Made by a program: the position numbers and the translations under genes | From: Octopus sinensis | Taxonomy: Eukaryota | Reading direction: 5' to 3' | Length of the DNA stretch: 64,000 nucleotides | Assembly (NCBI RefSeq): GCF_006345805.1 | Contig: NC_042997.1 | Location: 107,074,001-107,138,000 of the forward strand | Notes under the pieces: generated by a model | Database searches by the model: none | Seen by the model: the letters and a program-made list of their open reading frames with translations, nothing else | Told to the model about the DNA's origin: nothing | Shown: positions 1 to 12,461 of the stretch, piece after piece | Layout: each line of letters opens with the position of its first letter | How positions within the stretch are numbered: the stretch's first letter is position 1

Positions 1-1540
1 CATCTAAGCTAACTCTCTCTCTAATTAATTGGGCTATAACCCTCTCCGTAACCTTCATTACCCGATCCAGCAGCTTGATACCCCTGTAGATATTTGTATC
101 TAGGGCGTCACCTTTACCTTTGTAGCAGTTGACTATTATGCTGCTACACCAGTCATTGGGTATGACTCCTTCGTGTATCACCTGGTTAACTATACGGGTG
201 ACTAGGCTATAGCCGACACTACCAGATATTTTGAGCATCTCTGCAGTAATTCCTGATGGGCCTGGAGCTTTCCCTGTTTTCATGCTTGTAATTGCCTTAA
301 CTACTAAGGAACTGTTAACTCGGATTGCTGGTCCCTCTGTTGGGTCGACATTCGGCAGACTCTCTTTATCCCATTCATTTTCCTCATTCAGCAACCTTTC
401 ATAGTGGCATCTCCAAGCCTCTCTCTTTGCATCCTCATTTAGCGCAAGTGAACCGTCATCCTTGCGAACACATTTCTCTCCTACCACGTCACGATTCTCT
501 CTCACACACTGTCTTGCAACACAAAATACCTCAAGTCTTTCATCCTCATGGCGCAGGACATTGGCAAATTTTTTCTTATCTGCTTCCCCTCTGGCTAGAT
601 AGACCTGTCTCCTAGCTTCCCTTCTGGCAGTCTGATACACTTCCCTGCTACCACCGTTCTTCCAGTCCTTCCAAGCCTGTTTCTTTTGTCTAATAGCCCT
701 GTCAACAATATTGTTCCACCACCACGTTATTTTGGGTCTTAAGGGGACTTTGCACCAGCCACAGATCTGGTCAGTGGCCTTCAGCAGGTTGTCCCTCAGA
801 AGCGTCCAGTTGTCTTCTACCCCATGTGTAGCTATACCCCCTTCCATTTCGTCAAAGGCTTCAAGTAACATGTCTCTAAATCTCTGTCCATTCGCAGGGT
901 CTTTAAGCTTCCAGACCCTTCTTCTCCATGTTGGTTGTCTTCTAGTCGCCCTCTTAGTCCTGATCCTAAAGTCACTAACTACCAGTCTATGTTGTGGGGT
1001 GCATTCTTCGTCTGGGAAGGTTTTGGCATTTATAAGCAGCCATCTTTCCCTTTTTCTGGCAAGGATGTAGTCGATTTGGCTAGTATGCCGGCCCGATCGG
1101 TAGGTAACCAAGTGGCTTGTCGGTTTCCTGAAGTTAGTGTTGCAAACCATAAGACTATTCGCATCGCAGAACTCCAGCAGCCTGGTTCCCTCCTCGTTGC
1201 GGGAACCATAACTGTAGCCTCCATGTATGCCATGGAAGCCCCCAGCATGTCGTCCAACATGCCCATTGAAATCACCAGCCACAAAGAGAAGGTCCCTGTC
1301 GTTCGTCAATGAGGTGGTCTGCAGTAGGGTGTCATAGAAACTGTCTTTCTGTTCATCGGGTAGGCCTGGCTGAGGGGCATAGGCCGATATAATGGTTGCT
1401 AATCTATGATGAAGCACTATTCTAATCTTAAGTATTCTGTCACTTACTCTGATTACCTCAATTACTTTATCTACCCATTTCTCAGCGATAAGTATACCCA
1501 CGCCACCAACCCCGTCAATGTTCCCTGCCCAGAAAATACA
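1..1540 (-). mobile_element. RTE (BovB-like) LINE fragment: AP endonuclease and start of RT, continuing off the window
   Basis: Manual minus-strand translation gives GGVGILIAEKW..ISAYAPQ, GDFNGHVG, NEEGTRLLEFC, SQIDYIL and YKGKGDALDTNIYRGIKLLDRVMKVTERV. No long ORF in the track, so it is disrupted. Confidence 0.9.
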
Positions 1541-1544
1541 TTTA

Positions 1545-1960
1545 TATCGAACGGAACAGTCATATCAATGAAGAGGCATGATTTTTGTCTGAAGTCTTCC
1601 TTTCTGGCCTTTCACATCTGTCTTTCTGTCAGTTTGAATGAAGTCCCACAGGAGTGAAATGCAATCATATTCAAGCACTGGAGATAGTTTGTATTTCCTC
1701 CAGTTTTTATCATGGGGCAGGTCCAGGTTTTTGCAAATTACCCAGTGAATATATTGTGCTGCTCTTTCATGCCTGTTGAGATACACTGTAGGCACACGAA
1801 GACTGCACATGGAGACAACATCATGATCAATGGTTTCATTTTGTTGTTGACATGTGGGCAGCAGCTGTTCTTTAATATGTTGGCCTGGTGGTTTCTTGTA
1901 GGTAAGCATTGACCTTGGGCTGCTATGATAAACCCTTCTGTTTCCGATTAGAGTTCAACC
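1545..1960 (-). mobile_element. R4/Dong-like (RLE-type) non-LTR retrotransposon, C-terminal fragment
   Basis: EGFIIAAQ..., CQQQNETIDH..C, YLNRHERAAQYIHWVICK and LLWDFIQTDRK match the CCHC/RHD region upstream of the restriction-like endonuclease. Confidence 0.75.
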
Positions 1961-2189
1961 ATTGATGGTTAGTGTCTTATGACTAGCTTAGGTCTTATGA
2001 CTATCTACTACTAAATCCGGGTCTTAGAACTATTTATTGACAACTAAATCAGGTCTTTGAGCTTCTGTTACTATGTCTTTCCCACATTTTATAATTCCTA
2101 AGTTCTAGTACTTTACTCGGTTCAAGTTCATACCATTCATCAGTATGTTCAAACCCTAACCTTCTCTATAACTCTCAGTGGCTTACTCT

Positions 2190-2480
2190 TTAGGCTGTCA
2201 TGTCTTTTCTTGTATTCTGTCTGTGCCAGCATGCTACATTCACTATGAGCAACACTTTCCTGTTTTGAGTTGCATAATCTACATTGGGAATCTACTTGGT
2301 TTTATGTCTATCTTGGTTTTTATCTAATTAGTCATTAATGCTTAATCCTGTGCTGCTACCACCAAACTTTCCACCTCCCTTTGTAAGCCTTTCTTTCTGC
2401 AACCATACCCATGTCTCGCTTCTACTATTTGCTGCATTATCTTTGGGAATCTACCACCATAGTCTTCTCTTGCCAGTTAC
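2190..2480 (-). mobile_element. Second, more decayed R4/Dong-like fragment
   Basis: Frameshifted translation ..EVESLVVAAQD..CRLCNSKQESVAH..CSMLAQTEYKKRHD. Confidence 0.6.
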
Positions 2481-2529
2481 ATAATTTCTGTGCTTTTGTT
2501 CTAGTTTTTAACTTTATTCCTTCATTCAT

Positions 2530-3065
2530 TTACTATTATTATTATTATTATTATTATGATCACCATCATTATTATCACTATTATTAAGAGGATGATGGTG
2601 AGATAATGAAAATATTACTGAAAACTTTCATAATTTATGATGAATTTTGCGTATAATAATAAATACTCATAAAAACAAGATTAACAACAAGTTTAGGATG
2701 ATAACTGTAATAACAAATAGAAGAGATGCAGCTGATGATGAAGTCAATGATGAAAAGGTTGATGTTGTGGATGATGATGATGATAAAAAAATAAATTTTG
2801 AAAGTAAATCCAATGACAGATGAGAATGATAATTATGGTAATGAAGATTATGATGGAGCCGTTGGTGATGATGATGATGGCAGTAGATGTGGTCATGCTG
2901 GTAGAGGTTATGCTGATGGTGAAGATGTGTTAGAGTAGTGGTAATGGTGTTGGTGGTGATTGTGATATGATGTGGACGAAGGTGGTAGTGACGACGAAAA
3001 TATGATGTTAATGATGGCGATGATGTTGAATAATTATGACCAGTGACAACAACAACAACATGAGC
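2530..3065. repeat. Low-complexity (TAT)n/(GAT)n/(GGT)n tract
   Basis: Degenerate trinucleotide repeats, visible directly. Confidence 0.85.
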
Positions 3066-3272
3066 AAGAACAATGTGGATAATCCACAAGGTTTTTTTTG
3101 TTTTTTATTGTTTATTTCCTCCTTGTGTTCCTTTCTCTTGAAGAGAATAGGCTCAAAACATAAGACTTCTTCACTTACTCAAACATCAAACTAATACACC
3201 TGTTTGTGGTTTATACACCTGCCATCGTCTTTTGTTTTTCTGCATATTTCAACTATATATGTATATATATAT

Positions 3273-3347
3273 AGCGGTGTGCCCCAGCATGGCCACAGCT
3301 TGTGAGCTGAAACTAGAATCAATCAATCAATCATATGTACATATGTA

Positions 3348-3412
<65 letters not shown>

Positions 3413-3465
3413 TCTTTTACTTGTTTCAATTATTTGACTGCAGCCATGCTGGAGCACCTCCGGTA
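3273..3465. repeat. Two oppositely oriented SINE 3' ends around a (TA)n microsatellite
   Basis: ggtgtgccccagcatggccacagc..gaaactag on +, (TA)n at ~3350-3405, then gactgcagccatgctggagcacc on -. The same tail occurs at ~56685-56725. Confidence 0.65.
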
Positions 3466-4039
3466 CAGCAGTTTAATACCAGAGGTAGGGGTATAAATTA
3501 CAAATTAAATAGAGAAATACAATTGACAATTTAACAATTTATTTACATAAGAGAGGATAACATAAAGAAAAAAACAAAAAGCCAACAATTTGTTTCAACA
3601 TATACAATATTTGATTTATAAGTCACTTCAGGGAATTGGTTCAAAAAGACAGATAAAATTCCATACACAAGGAATGTTACATTACAAAATACTCGTTCCA
3701 AATCCCTTTGTGTTGACAGTTCAAATATATAAAAGAACAAAATGAAAACATAAAAATAATTACAGAATTTTACAACAGTCAAAATGTTGTTATGTATCTC
3801 CAATAATATTAATCTAAATGTATTTAAGTCGAATTCCTGACCAGTTTTAATAATATATGATAGCAACAATATAGAGATAAATAAAGTATCAAATTTTCAA
3901 TTAGTTTCAGAGACAGTAATAGATTTATTTTCTATAATAAATCAAATTTTATTTTACAAATATGTGTATGCGAGTTTGAAAGAAAGAATTTCTAGTATAT
4001 CAACCAACTATTTAGTTATGTGCAACTTTCTCATTTACT

Positions 4040-4230
4040 TCAATAAACACCTCAAAACAACTAACACATAATTGGTCTTAGTTACATATTCTACCAAAGG
4101 GAGAACTCCATAAAAAAACAAAAAAAACAAAAACAAACATGTATATACATTTTTAGAGATATAACTCCCATTGCTCTAGTTTCTACCGGACTTGGCAGTT
4201 ACATTTGGGAATTGAAAGACAAAACGTTAC
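4040..4230 (+). mobile_element. Penelope-like element GIY-YIG endonuclease remnant
   Basis: tctaccggacttggcagttacatttgggaattgaaagacaaa translates to STGLGSYIWELKDK, resembling the ST.L..YIW.LK motif of PLE endonucleases. Confidence 0.5.
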
Positions 4231-4299
4231 AGTTACAACAAGATCATTTTCCTTTACTATTGATACAACCAGTGCCTTCTGACACAAATGAGATGGTTT

Positions 4300-4672
4300 C
4301 ACCTATTGATGCCTAGAAATTATTTGTAACGGATAATATGATGGCACACATAGTAACTAGGAAGTCATTTCTGTCACAGTGGTTCCCAACAAATAATGAT
4401 GAATTGATGAAGATTTTGGGGATCATCATTAGTATGGAAGATGTCAACATGCCAACATTGGAGCATTACTGGTCAAAGAAGAAGGTATACAACTATAACT
4501 TCGTAAAGGATAGTATAACAAGAAACCAATTTTTCTTGCTTCTATGAATGTTGTACTTCAATGATAAACAAACTTTTGAAAAAAAACCCACAGAAGATTG
4601 CATAAAATTCAACCAGTCCTTGATATGCTAAAAACCAACTTTAAATCTGTGAACTCTTTCAGGTGAAAAACT
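4300..4672 (+). mobile_element. piggyBac (PGBD-like) transposase remnant, part 1
   Basis: WFPTNNDELMKILGIII.M..P.LEHYWSK..ITRNQFFLLL*MLYFND..RLHKIQPVLDMLKTNF. Confidence 0.75.
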
Positions 4673-4674
4673 AG

Positions 4675-5395
4675 TGAATTATAGAGGAAGGCAGACCGCC
4701 AATATGTTTTGCATGTGGAGTAAGGGGTCACATGAAAGCCAAGTGTCCCCAGATACACGAACAGGAGGAGGCAGAAAAGGAGAGATTGTAATGGCAGAGG
4801 AGGAAAAGGAGTTGACAGTGGTAGAAAGGAAGAGAAAGAACATTGAATCTCCAGCTAAAAATAAAAGGCTGAGGAAAATAAGAATGAGAAAAGAAAAAAG
4901 GAGGAATCAAAGAGAGAACGAACACAAAGACCAGAGCTTTCAACGAGTAAGGAGGAGGAAAGAGGGCTGAAGAGACTAGAAAGTGAGAAAGAGGAACAAA
5001 TAGAGAAAGAAATAGTAACAACAGAGGCAGAGAGTGAAGTGATAGAGCTGAGAAAGCCACTGAAGGGGAGATAGGAAAGAGTTCTGGTTGCATATGGAAA
5101 TAGAGAAAAGAAATCCCACGATGAAAGGTGTAATAAGGATTAAGATGGCAGAAGAGGAGGGGAAATGGAATGAGAAAGCAGTGTTGTTTGAAGATGAGAG
5201 AGAGCAAGAAGATTGAGAGAAATATTCAGAGACAGGATAGAAATAACAGCATTACGATTTAGATATGACGAACTACCATCAGTGATAGAGTTCGTGGAAT
5301 TAATAGAATTTATGGTGTGAACAGGATACAAACTGGTAAAAACAATTATTTAAAAACAGTAAAATAGAACTTCCTACTTTGCGGGGGTAGGAAAG
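4675..5395 (+). mobile_element. L1/Tx1-like ORF1 fragment with CCHC zinc knuckle, inserted in the piggyBac remnant
   Basis: About 4686-4752 reads EGRPPICFACGVRGHMKAKCPQ (CX2CX4HX4C), followed by purine-rich E/K/R-coding sequence. Confidence 0.6.
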
Positions 5396-5429
5396 CCATT
5401 TCATTCTCATTATTTTCATAATTCATTCG

Positions 5430-5848
5430 TTATTTGTACAGCAAATGGATACACATCAAATGTGCAAGGTTAGGTTACTGGTAACCTAACCAAAGAACCA
5501 GAGCATGATCATTCAGAGTCTAATGTCCTGCAACTGGCAAAACCTCTTCTTAAAAAAGGGATGACCATTTATGCTGAAGATTTTTATTCATCTTTACCAC
5601 TACAATTGGGGTTGACAAATCTGACCAAACAACTTGTAACTCCATCCTCAGAAAAAATATACAAGTGGTACAGACAACTTCGTCTTGAACTACTGTTAGC
5701 AACATCAATGGTGAATACCTGGACGATATATAACCAATTTTTCCAGCAGACAGAGAAAAAGATAAGAAAGCGTTCACATGTCTAATTTGTGGAATCACTC
5801 AAGAGAAATTGAAACCAGTGTTTCTAGAAAGCGCAAGTCTCACGAGCT
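5430..5848 (+). mobile_element. piggyBac transposase remnant, part 2 (internally deleted)
   Basis: VLQLAKPLLKKGMTIYAEDFYSSLPL (cf. Y.DNFYTS) and KWYRQL..ELLLATSMVNTWTIYN. Confidence 0.75.
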
Positions 5849-7344
5849 AAAACTCAGAAAGGGATAAAGGCTCTTTGATGTAGTGGTAGCTAGTTATCTA
5901 GTCCAGCAGACAGCCAATTTTGACTTTAAAAACAAATGAGACATAACTCCATTGGACCTCCTTAAAAATGCGAAGTCCAAAGAAAAATTAAAGACATTAT
6001 TTCCACCACAAATACTATGTAGGTTGTGTGAAGTTAATACATGAAATTCCATTCCAGGGGTCATGTTAAAAAGTAAATCATAGCAAGTTCAGACTCCAAA
6101 CATTAAAGAAAAGGAAGTCCAAACAGTGGCAGAGTAAGTTGAGACTTCAAAGATTGAAGAGAAGAAAGTCCAAATGGTGACAGCAATATGTGTGTGTGTG
6201 TGTATGGAGAAGGTCCTCACGACATCACAGACAGTCGAATGTGCAAAGGTCGGGGACAAGAAAGTACAGACCGTTTGACAGCCATTAGAGGCTACATCCC
6301 AGTAAGTTGATTCCTAAAACCTCGAAGAGAAGGATCTCCTGAAGGTGTCACTTCAGTTAGGAAGTAATTGGTAGCAAGTAGCTATTTTCTTGGGAATTAT
6401 AACTATTGACCTGCAAATTAACAAGCATAACAATCCTTTGAACATTGTCAAAAAGATCTACCAAATGCTGTTCAAATGGTATCGAAGTTGTAATCTAGAA
6501 AAACGGCGACACAAATCATGAAAAAAGGCTTTTAAAGAAACTGAGTATTTAACTGCCCTTGAATGTCTATCATTAGACAAAGAAGGGAGATGTGTGTAAA
6601 TATTGTTGCTCTTTAGTCCCAGGCCTAACTTCACTAAACAGTGACCCATGATTAAATTCCTTCAACCAGAAAGATCCTTTCTTTTCCTAAATGTAAACGA
6701 TCCACAACCACATTGCCCAACATATTCTTTAAGGTGGTAAGGTATGAATTGAAGAGGATTTAGCAATTAAATCTTGCAGATCTCTACCATGTATTGCCTC
6801 CTTTAATAGTTTGGCTACCTTATTTGAGATTAACCTTTGAACTAAACAAGTTTGAAATATTCAAAAAAGAAAAAAATGTTTTAAAACATTACCCCGCTTC
6901 CCCACTATCAGACTGAAAGTCGATAGTATAACAAACGAGAGTATAAAGCAAATGTCCCAGAAAAGCCGTGTTAACAAGAACTAAATGTTCATACAAGGGC
7001 AAGAAAAAAGCTAATCAAATGAAGTAGGAACAAACATGGCAAACACTTACTGTGACACTTGCAATGAGAAGCCATCTCATCGTATAACATGCTTCAAGTT
7101 ACAGCAATCCAAGTAATCAGGGAAAAAAATAGGCTAACGATTTCTGTTGGTAATTTGCTGAAGGAAAAGTTTATTCTATAACATTTTGGGATCTATATTT
7201 GTTGATTTGTCTTTTCTTATTATTGATCAGTTTTGATAATGAATCAGGAATATGTTATAAATTTGCCAAATCTAGTTATTGTCCTTCATTTCTAAAACAT
7301 AAATCATACAGAGTTCATTAAAATATCAGTTTGTAAAAATTTAT

Positions 7345-7768
7345 ACTGTGTACCAATAGTGGTACATGATGCATAATGGGGCAGTTACCAATGTACCATA
7401 TATGGCGCACGATGTGGTTAAATTGTTAAGAGAACACATGATCAAGCGATGCTTCAATTGGACCTATGCACAGTAACCAAGTGGCCAGATGAGTGTCCGT
7501 ATGGCTCACGATATCCACAACCGGGACAGCATCAAGGTCACTGCATCACAGCCTTGCCACTGAACTGCATGATGTGGATATTCAGAAAAAAAAAAAAAGA
7601 CACCATTGCTTGAAGCCGTTTCCCACGGTCACCTAGGAATGAAACAAGCTAATAGCCCTGGGTGCAGACATAAATGCTGTTGATGGTGATGGTAAAAGCT
7701 GTTTTCACCTTGCTGTGAAAAGAAAAGTTTTTAATTCCGAGGGTGCATCCATGGATTTACTAAACGGA
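7345..7768 (+). pseudogene. Ankyrin-repeat segment ending at a GTAAGT splice donor
   Basis: KTPLLEAVSHGHLGM, one frameshift, then KLIALGADINAVDGDGKSCFHLAVKRKVFNSEGASMDLLNG followed by gtaagt at 7769. Confidence 0.7.
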
Positions 7769-7829
7769 GTAAGTTTTTAAATTGTTTGCGTATATATGTG
7801 TGTGTGTGAGTGTGTGCGTGTGGCTGTGT

Positions 7830-8540
7830 GATTTTGCCCTCCCCCACCAAAGGAAAAGGAAGTTGTCACGGAGCCCCATAAGAAAGGAGAACCAGACAGA
7901 AAGGGCAGCAACTGAAGAGGAGGAGATCCAGCAAGAGTGGGAAGAAGGGAAAAAAAAAAGGGAAAAGAAAGAAAAAAGAAAACAGTACGAAAACCCAACC
8001 CACCCACGCCCTCTGAGTCCCATCCTTCTCCTGCAAACAGCGATTCCACCCACTCCCCGCCTACAAGAAAAACTAAAACAAGTGCAGACACACAGAACGA
8101 ACAAAGCCCCAAGTCCTATTTTTATGTGTTGTGAAGGAAAAGGACACGCAGAACTCGAAAAGGTTGGTACATAAAGACTTATGGCGCGAACATGAAGATG
8201 GTAGTTACGCGGTTTTGGAATATGAACTTATGGAGATATTGGTGAGGAAGTGTGAAGAAGAAGGTATAAAGTGGATGACAGCGCCAATGCAGGATGAAAT
8301 AATAGAGATGTATGAAAGGGAAACAAAGGGTGTGATAAGAAAGGACGGAATTGTAATTGGAAATGGGTGATAAAGGACAGGTAAGTGATGCTGGCAGATG
8401 GGGCCGTTAGCATCGCTTTTCATATTATCATTTTTTCATTTAATTATTCATTGGTCATAATTTTAATTATAATGTTCTTTGTCCCCAATGTTTTGTAATG
8501 TCCCCTCTTCGTCGCCCCTTGTGGGTGATAAAGAAATAGT
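7830..8540 (+). mobile_element. Probable L1/Tx1-type retroposon remnant interrupting the array
   Basis: Purine-rich charged-residue ORF pieces, then a tail (tgtcccctcttc..cttgtgggtgataaagaaat) like the tails at ~29930-29950 and ~33760-33775. Confidence 0.4.
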
Positions 8541-9089
8541 GTGTGTGTGAATTTGTGTATTTGTGAGTCTTTGTGTGAGTGTGAGAGAGAGACAGACAAA
8601 CTTTGCTTGTCATGTATCAATTATCCCCTATCAACTCCATCCTCCATTACCATTCCGTGATCCAGTCTCCCTTTATGACCCGAGTGATATTATGTAACAA
8701 ACAATATTCCATCTCCTTTCACTCTCAAAGATGTCGTCTCACCACGGTCGAGAGGGGACCCATCTCGGTTGTTGGCCATATAAACACAGCCATCACAATG
8801 TGACGGAGAAGTGGCCTATTTAATACATGAGATATTATTCTCAATTAACAATGATGCAGGATAGAAGAGATGTCAGCTTTATAGTGCTGGTGCCATGGTA
8901 AATACATCCAGTCCATTCTATGAAGAATTCTGAGTGAAACTGCTCTCTATCCTACTTCTTGTACATGACATGAATCCACTGACTTCTTGTGGATATGTCA
9001 TAAGAATGTTGTGGTTAAGGTGTTAAGAGAACACATGATAAAGTGATGCTTCAATTGGACCTATGCACAGTAACCAAGTGGCCAGATGA

Positions 9090-10150
9090 GTGTCCGTATG
9101 GCTCACGATATCCACAACTGGACTGAATCCCGGGACAGCATCAAGGTCACTGCATCACAGCCTTGCCACTGAACTGCATAATGTCGAGGTGTGTAACCAG
9201 TGTTTTTTTGCTGTGTCTCAGGGACACTTTGGAATGATGCAGAGGTTGATAGCTAGGGATGCAGACATAAATTCTGTGCCTCAGGGTCATCTCGAAATAA
9301 CACACAGATTAATAGCTAGGGATGCAGACACAAATTCTGTGTACAAAGAAGGCAACAATTGTTTGTACCTGGCTGCAAAGAAGGGGTTCCATTCTCAGGT
9401 GGAATACATAACCATGTTAGATCAATACTGCAAAGAGCTAAAACTCAGAAAAGGACAAAGGCTCTCTGATGTAGTGGTAGCTAGTTATCTAGTCCAGCAG
9501 ACAGCCAATTTTGACTTTAAAAACAAAGGAGACATAACTCCATTGGACCTCCTTAAAAATGCGAAGTCCAAAGAAAAATCAAGACATTATTTCCACCACA
9601 AATACTATGTAGGTTGTGTGAAGTTAATACATGAAATTCCATCCCAGGGGTCATGTTCAAAAAGTAAATCATAGCAAGTTCAGACTCCAAACATTGAAGA
9701 AAAGGAAGTCCAAACAGTGGCAGAGTAAGTTGAGACTACAAAGATTGAAGAGAAGAAAGTCCAAATGGTGACAGCAATATGTGTGTGTGTGTGTGTGTAT
9801 GGAGAAGGTCCTCACGACATCACAGACAGTTGAATGTGCAAAGGTCGGGGACAAGAAAGTACAGACCGATTGACAGCCATTACAGGCTACATCCCAGTAA
9901 GTTGATACCTAAAACCTGGAAGTGAAGCATTTCCTGAAGGAGTCACGTCAGTTAGGAAGTAATTGGTAGCAAGTGGGAATTTTCTTGGGAATTAAAACTA
10001 TTGACCTGCAAATTATCAAGCATAACAATCCTTTGAGCATTGTCAAAATAGATCTACCAAATGCTGTACAAATGGTTCAGAAGTTGTAATCTAGAAAAAC
10101 GGCCACACAAATCACGAAAAGAGGCTTTTAAACAAACAAAGAAGGGAGAT
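9090..10150 (+). pseudogene. Best-preserved array unit (194-aa ankyrin ORF, then frameshifted RING and Death segments)
   Basis: ORF 9090-9674 has 3-4 degenerate ankyrin repeats, a frameshift near 9578 and an in-frame TAG at 9967. Confidence 0.75.
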
Positions 10151-10289
10151 GTGTGTAAATGTTGTTGCTCTTTAGTCACAAACCTTACTTCACTAAACCG
10201 TGACCAATGATTAAATTCCTTCACCCAGAATCATCCTGTCTTTTCCTAAATGTAAACAATCACAGGTTCAATAGTCAAACATTCTAGAG

Positions 10290-12461
10290 CAGGGGACTCC
10301 AAAGTACGGCCCGCGGGCCGGATTCGGCCCGCCAAGGTTTTTAATCCGGCCCGCCGAGCCATCCTCCAAAATTATAAAACAAATGTCGAAAAACAAGCCT
10401 TGCTGAAATCATACAAAAACAAATATACTTTACACCCCTTTTAATACGTTTGACAAATATAGTACAGCAAATAGACGCAAGACGACGCTAATTGATTTGC
10501 CATCAATTAATGTCTTTAAATTGCGCCGGCGAATTAAAAATTTATACACTAAACTTTAGTGTAAATATAGGTTCTTTTCCACTCCCCCCGTTCTAACTGA
10601 CCCATCAGAACCACCATAAAATGAATTAACTTCGCTATGGAGCTACCTATCATTCATCTTAGATAATAGGCGATTGTCAGTGAGATGGATGGTGCTGCTT
10701 ACAATGAAGCAGAGATTCAATTTCTAGCTTTATTGATGTCTCAGAAAAGTCAACCTATTCCGTCAACTGTCGAGAGAGCAGATACGACAAGTATGACGTT
10801 AATAAAAGTCCCGTGCCTAGTATAATAAAAGAAGACAAATATCGATTTATCGATGTTACCTACATCTCACGAGCGATGAATAGAGAGGGTTGAGCCTGAC
10901 GTTGTGTGGTGGTTTCTAATCCTGGTGCAGTCGCCCAGCACAGACTTGGCGTTTTCGTTGTGCACAAGTGTGAGTCATTTGTCGTCGTCGCTGCCGAAGT
11001 GAATGCACGTATCGAGTGACCTGTGAATATTGTTTTTACTTGTTTCGTCCTTTTACATATATCGTCGAGCAAAATCTGTCGACCCATGGTAAAAATGTTA
11101 GCTCAAGGAAGAAAACGAAAAATCGACTCTGAGTGTAAAGTTTTTAAGGAACAATGGAACATAGACTATTTTGTCATAGAGTCAAACAACAAGGCACTAT
11201 GCGTTATATGCACCGACACAATTGCAGTACTTAAAGAGTACAACATTCGGAGACATTATGAAAAAAAGCATTCATCACAGTACTACCAATTCATTGGACA
11301 GCTACGTAAAGAGAAATTTGACAAATTAAAGAAGAATTTATCATCAATGCAGTTTGTTTTCAAGAAGAAGGCTGTAGAAAAAGAGAGAGCAACAAGAGCA
11401 AGCTTCCATGTTGCTAACCTTTTGGCGAAGAAAGGTAAGCCATTTACAGATGGTGAACTTATTAAAAAGTGCTTGAATGAGGTAGCTAAGGAAATGTGTC
11501 CAGAAAACGTAGATTTATTTTCCGCAATTAGTCTTTCTGCGAACACTGTTGCTCGTAGGGTTGAACATATTGAAAGAAATATTAAATCACAGCTAAAAGA
11601 CAAAGCCAGCAAGTTTGTATGCTTTTCTGTTGCACTTGATGAGTCAATTGATGTATCAGACACATCCCAATTGTTATTGTTCATCAGAGGAATAAATGCC
11701 AATTTTGAGATTACTGAGGAACTTGTATCTGTGCACAGCATGCATGGAACAACAACAGGCATAGATATTTTTAGAGAAGTGGAAAAGTCAGTGGCTGAGT
11801 ATAATTTGGAATGGAAAAACTAAAATGCATAACAACAGATGGTGGCAGAAATATGTGTGGAACCAAAAAGGGCTCAGTTGGGCAAATTAACAAAGTAATT
11901 GAGAATTCCGGTGGATTGAAACCTTTGGTATTGCATTGTATTCTTCATCAGCAAGTACTGTGTGGAAAGCATCTTGATTTATCATCTGTATTAGATCCTG
12001 TGATTTCCACTGTTAACTACATAAGATCTCATGGACTCAAACATCGCCAATTTCGTGATTTCTTGGAGGAAATGAATGCTGAGTTTCCAGACCTACCTTA
12101 CTATACTTCAGTAAGATGGCTTAGCTATGGAAAAATTCTGGCTAGATTTTTTGAGCTTCGAACTGAAATTGAAATATTTTTAAATGAGAAAAACCATTTA
12201 CAGGTGTTGCTCAAAGACAGTGAATGGCTCTGGAAATTAGCATTTTCAGCCGATTTAACTATGCATCTCAATGATTTCAACCTACGGATACAAGGTGAAA
12301 CTTCACTCATCTGTGATTTGTACTCAAAGGTGAAAGCTTTTCGTAAGAAATTAATACTATTTGAAAGTCAGTTAACAAGAAGCTGCTTTACTCATTTTTC
12401 ACGATGTGACAAATATAGACAGGAAGCTGCCACTCCATTTCCAAACTTGTTTGCTCAAGAT
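10290..12461 (+). mobile_element. hAT (Buster/SPIN/Charlie-like) DNA transposon, 3'-truncated
   Basis: Starts CAGGGGACTCC..ggcccgcgggcc directly after the target TTCTAGAG (10282-10289). No right TIR; array sequence resumes at 12462. Confidence 0.92.
11086..12461 (+). pseudogene. GTF2IRD2/SPIN-like hAT transposase with one frameshift, C-terminus missing
   Basis: BED finger CVIC..NIRRHYEKKH, ALDES, TTDG, CILH and VRWLS. Frame change in the A-run at ~11815; no catalytic E or dimerisation domain. Confidence 0.92.

Noticed and set aside
1-20. Match between the window start and ~48750 (catctaagc..actctctctct) as a large duplication
   Set aside because: Both are the same position in independent copies of one RTE family.
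2667-3089. 140-aa His/Thr-rich ORF
   Set aside because: Translation of degenerate trinucleotide repeats.
11283-11762. 159-aa minus-strand ORF and its copy at 20682-21161
   Set aside because: Antisense shadow of the hAT transposase.
11811-11823. Programmed frameshift in the hAT transposase
   Set aside because: No known frameshifting in hATs; a 1-nt loss in an A-run explains it.
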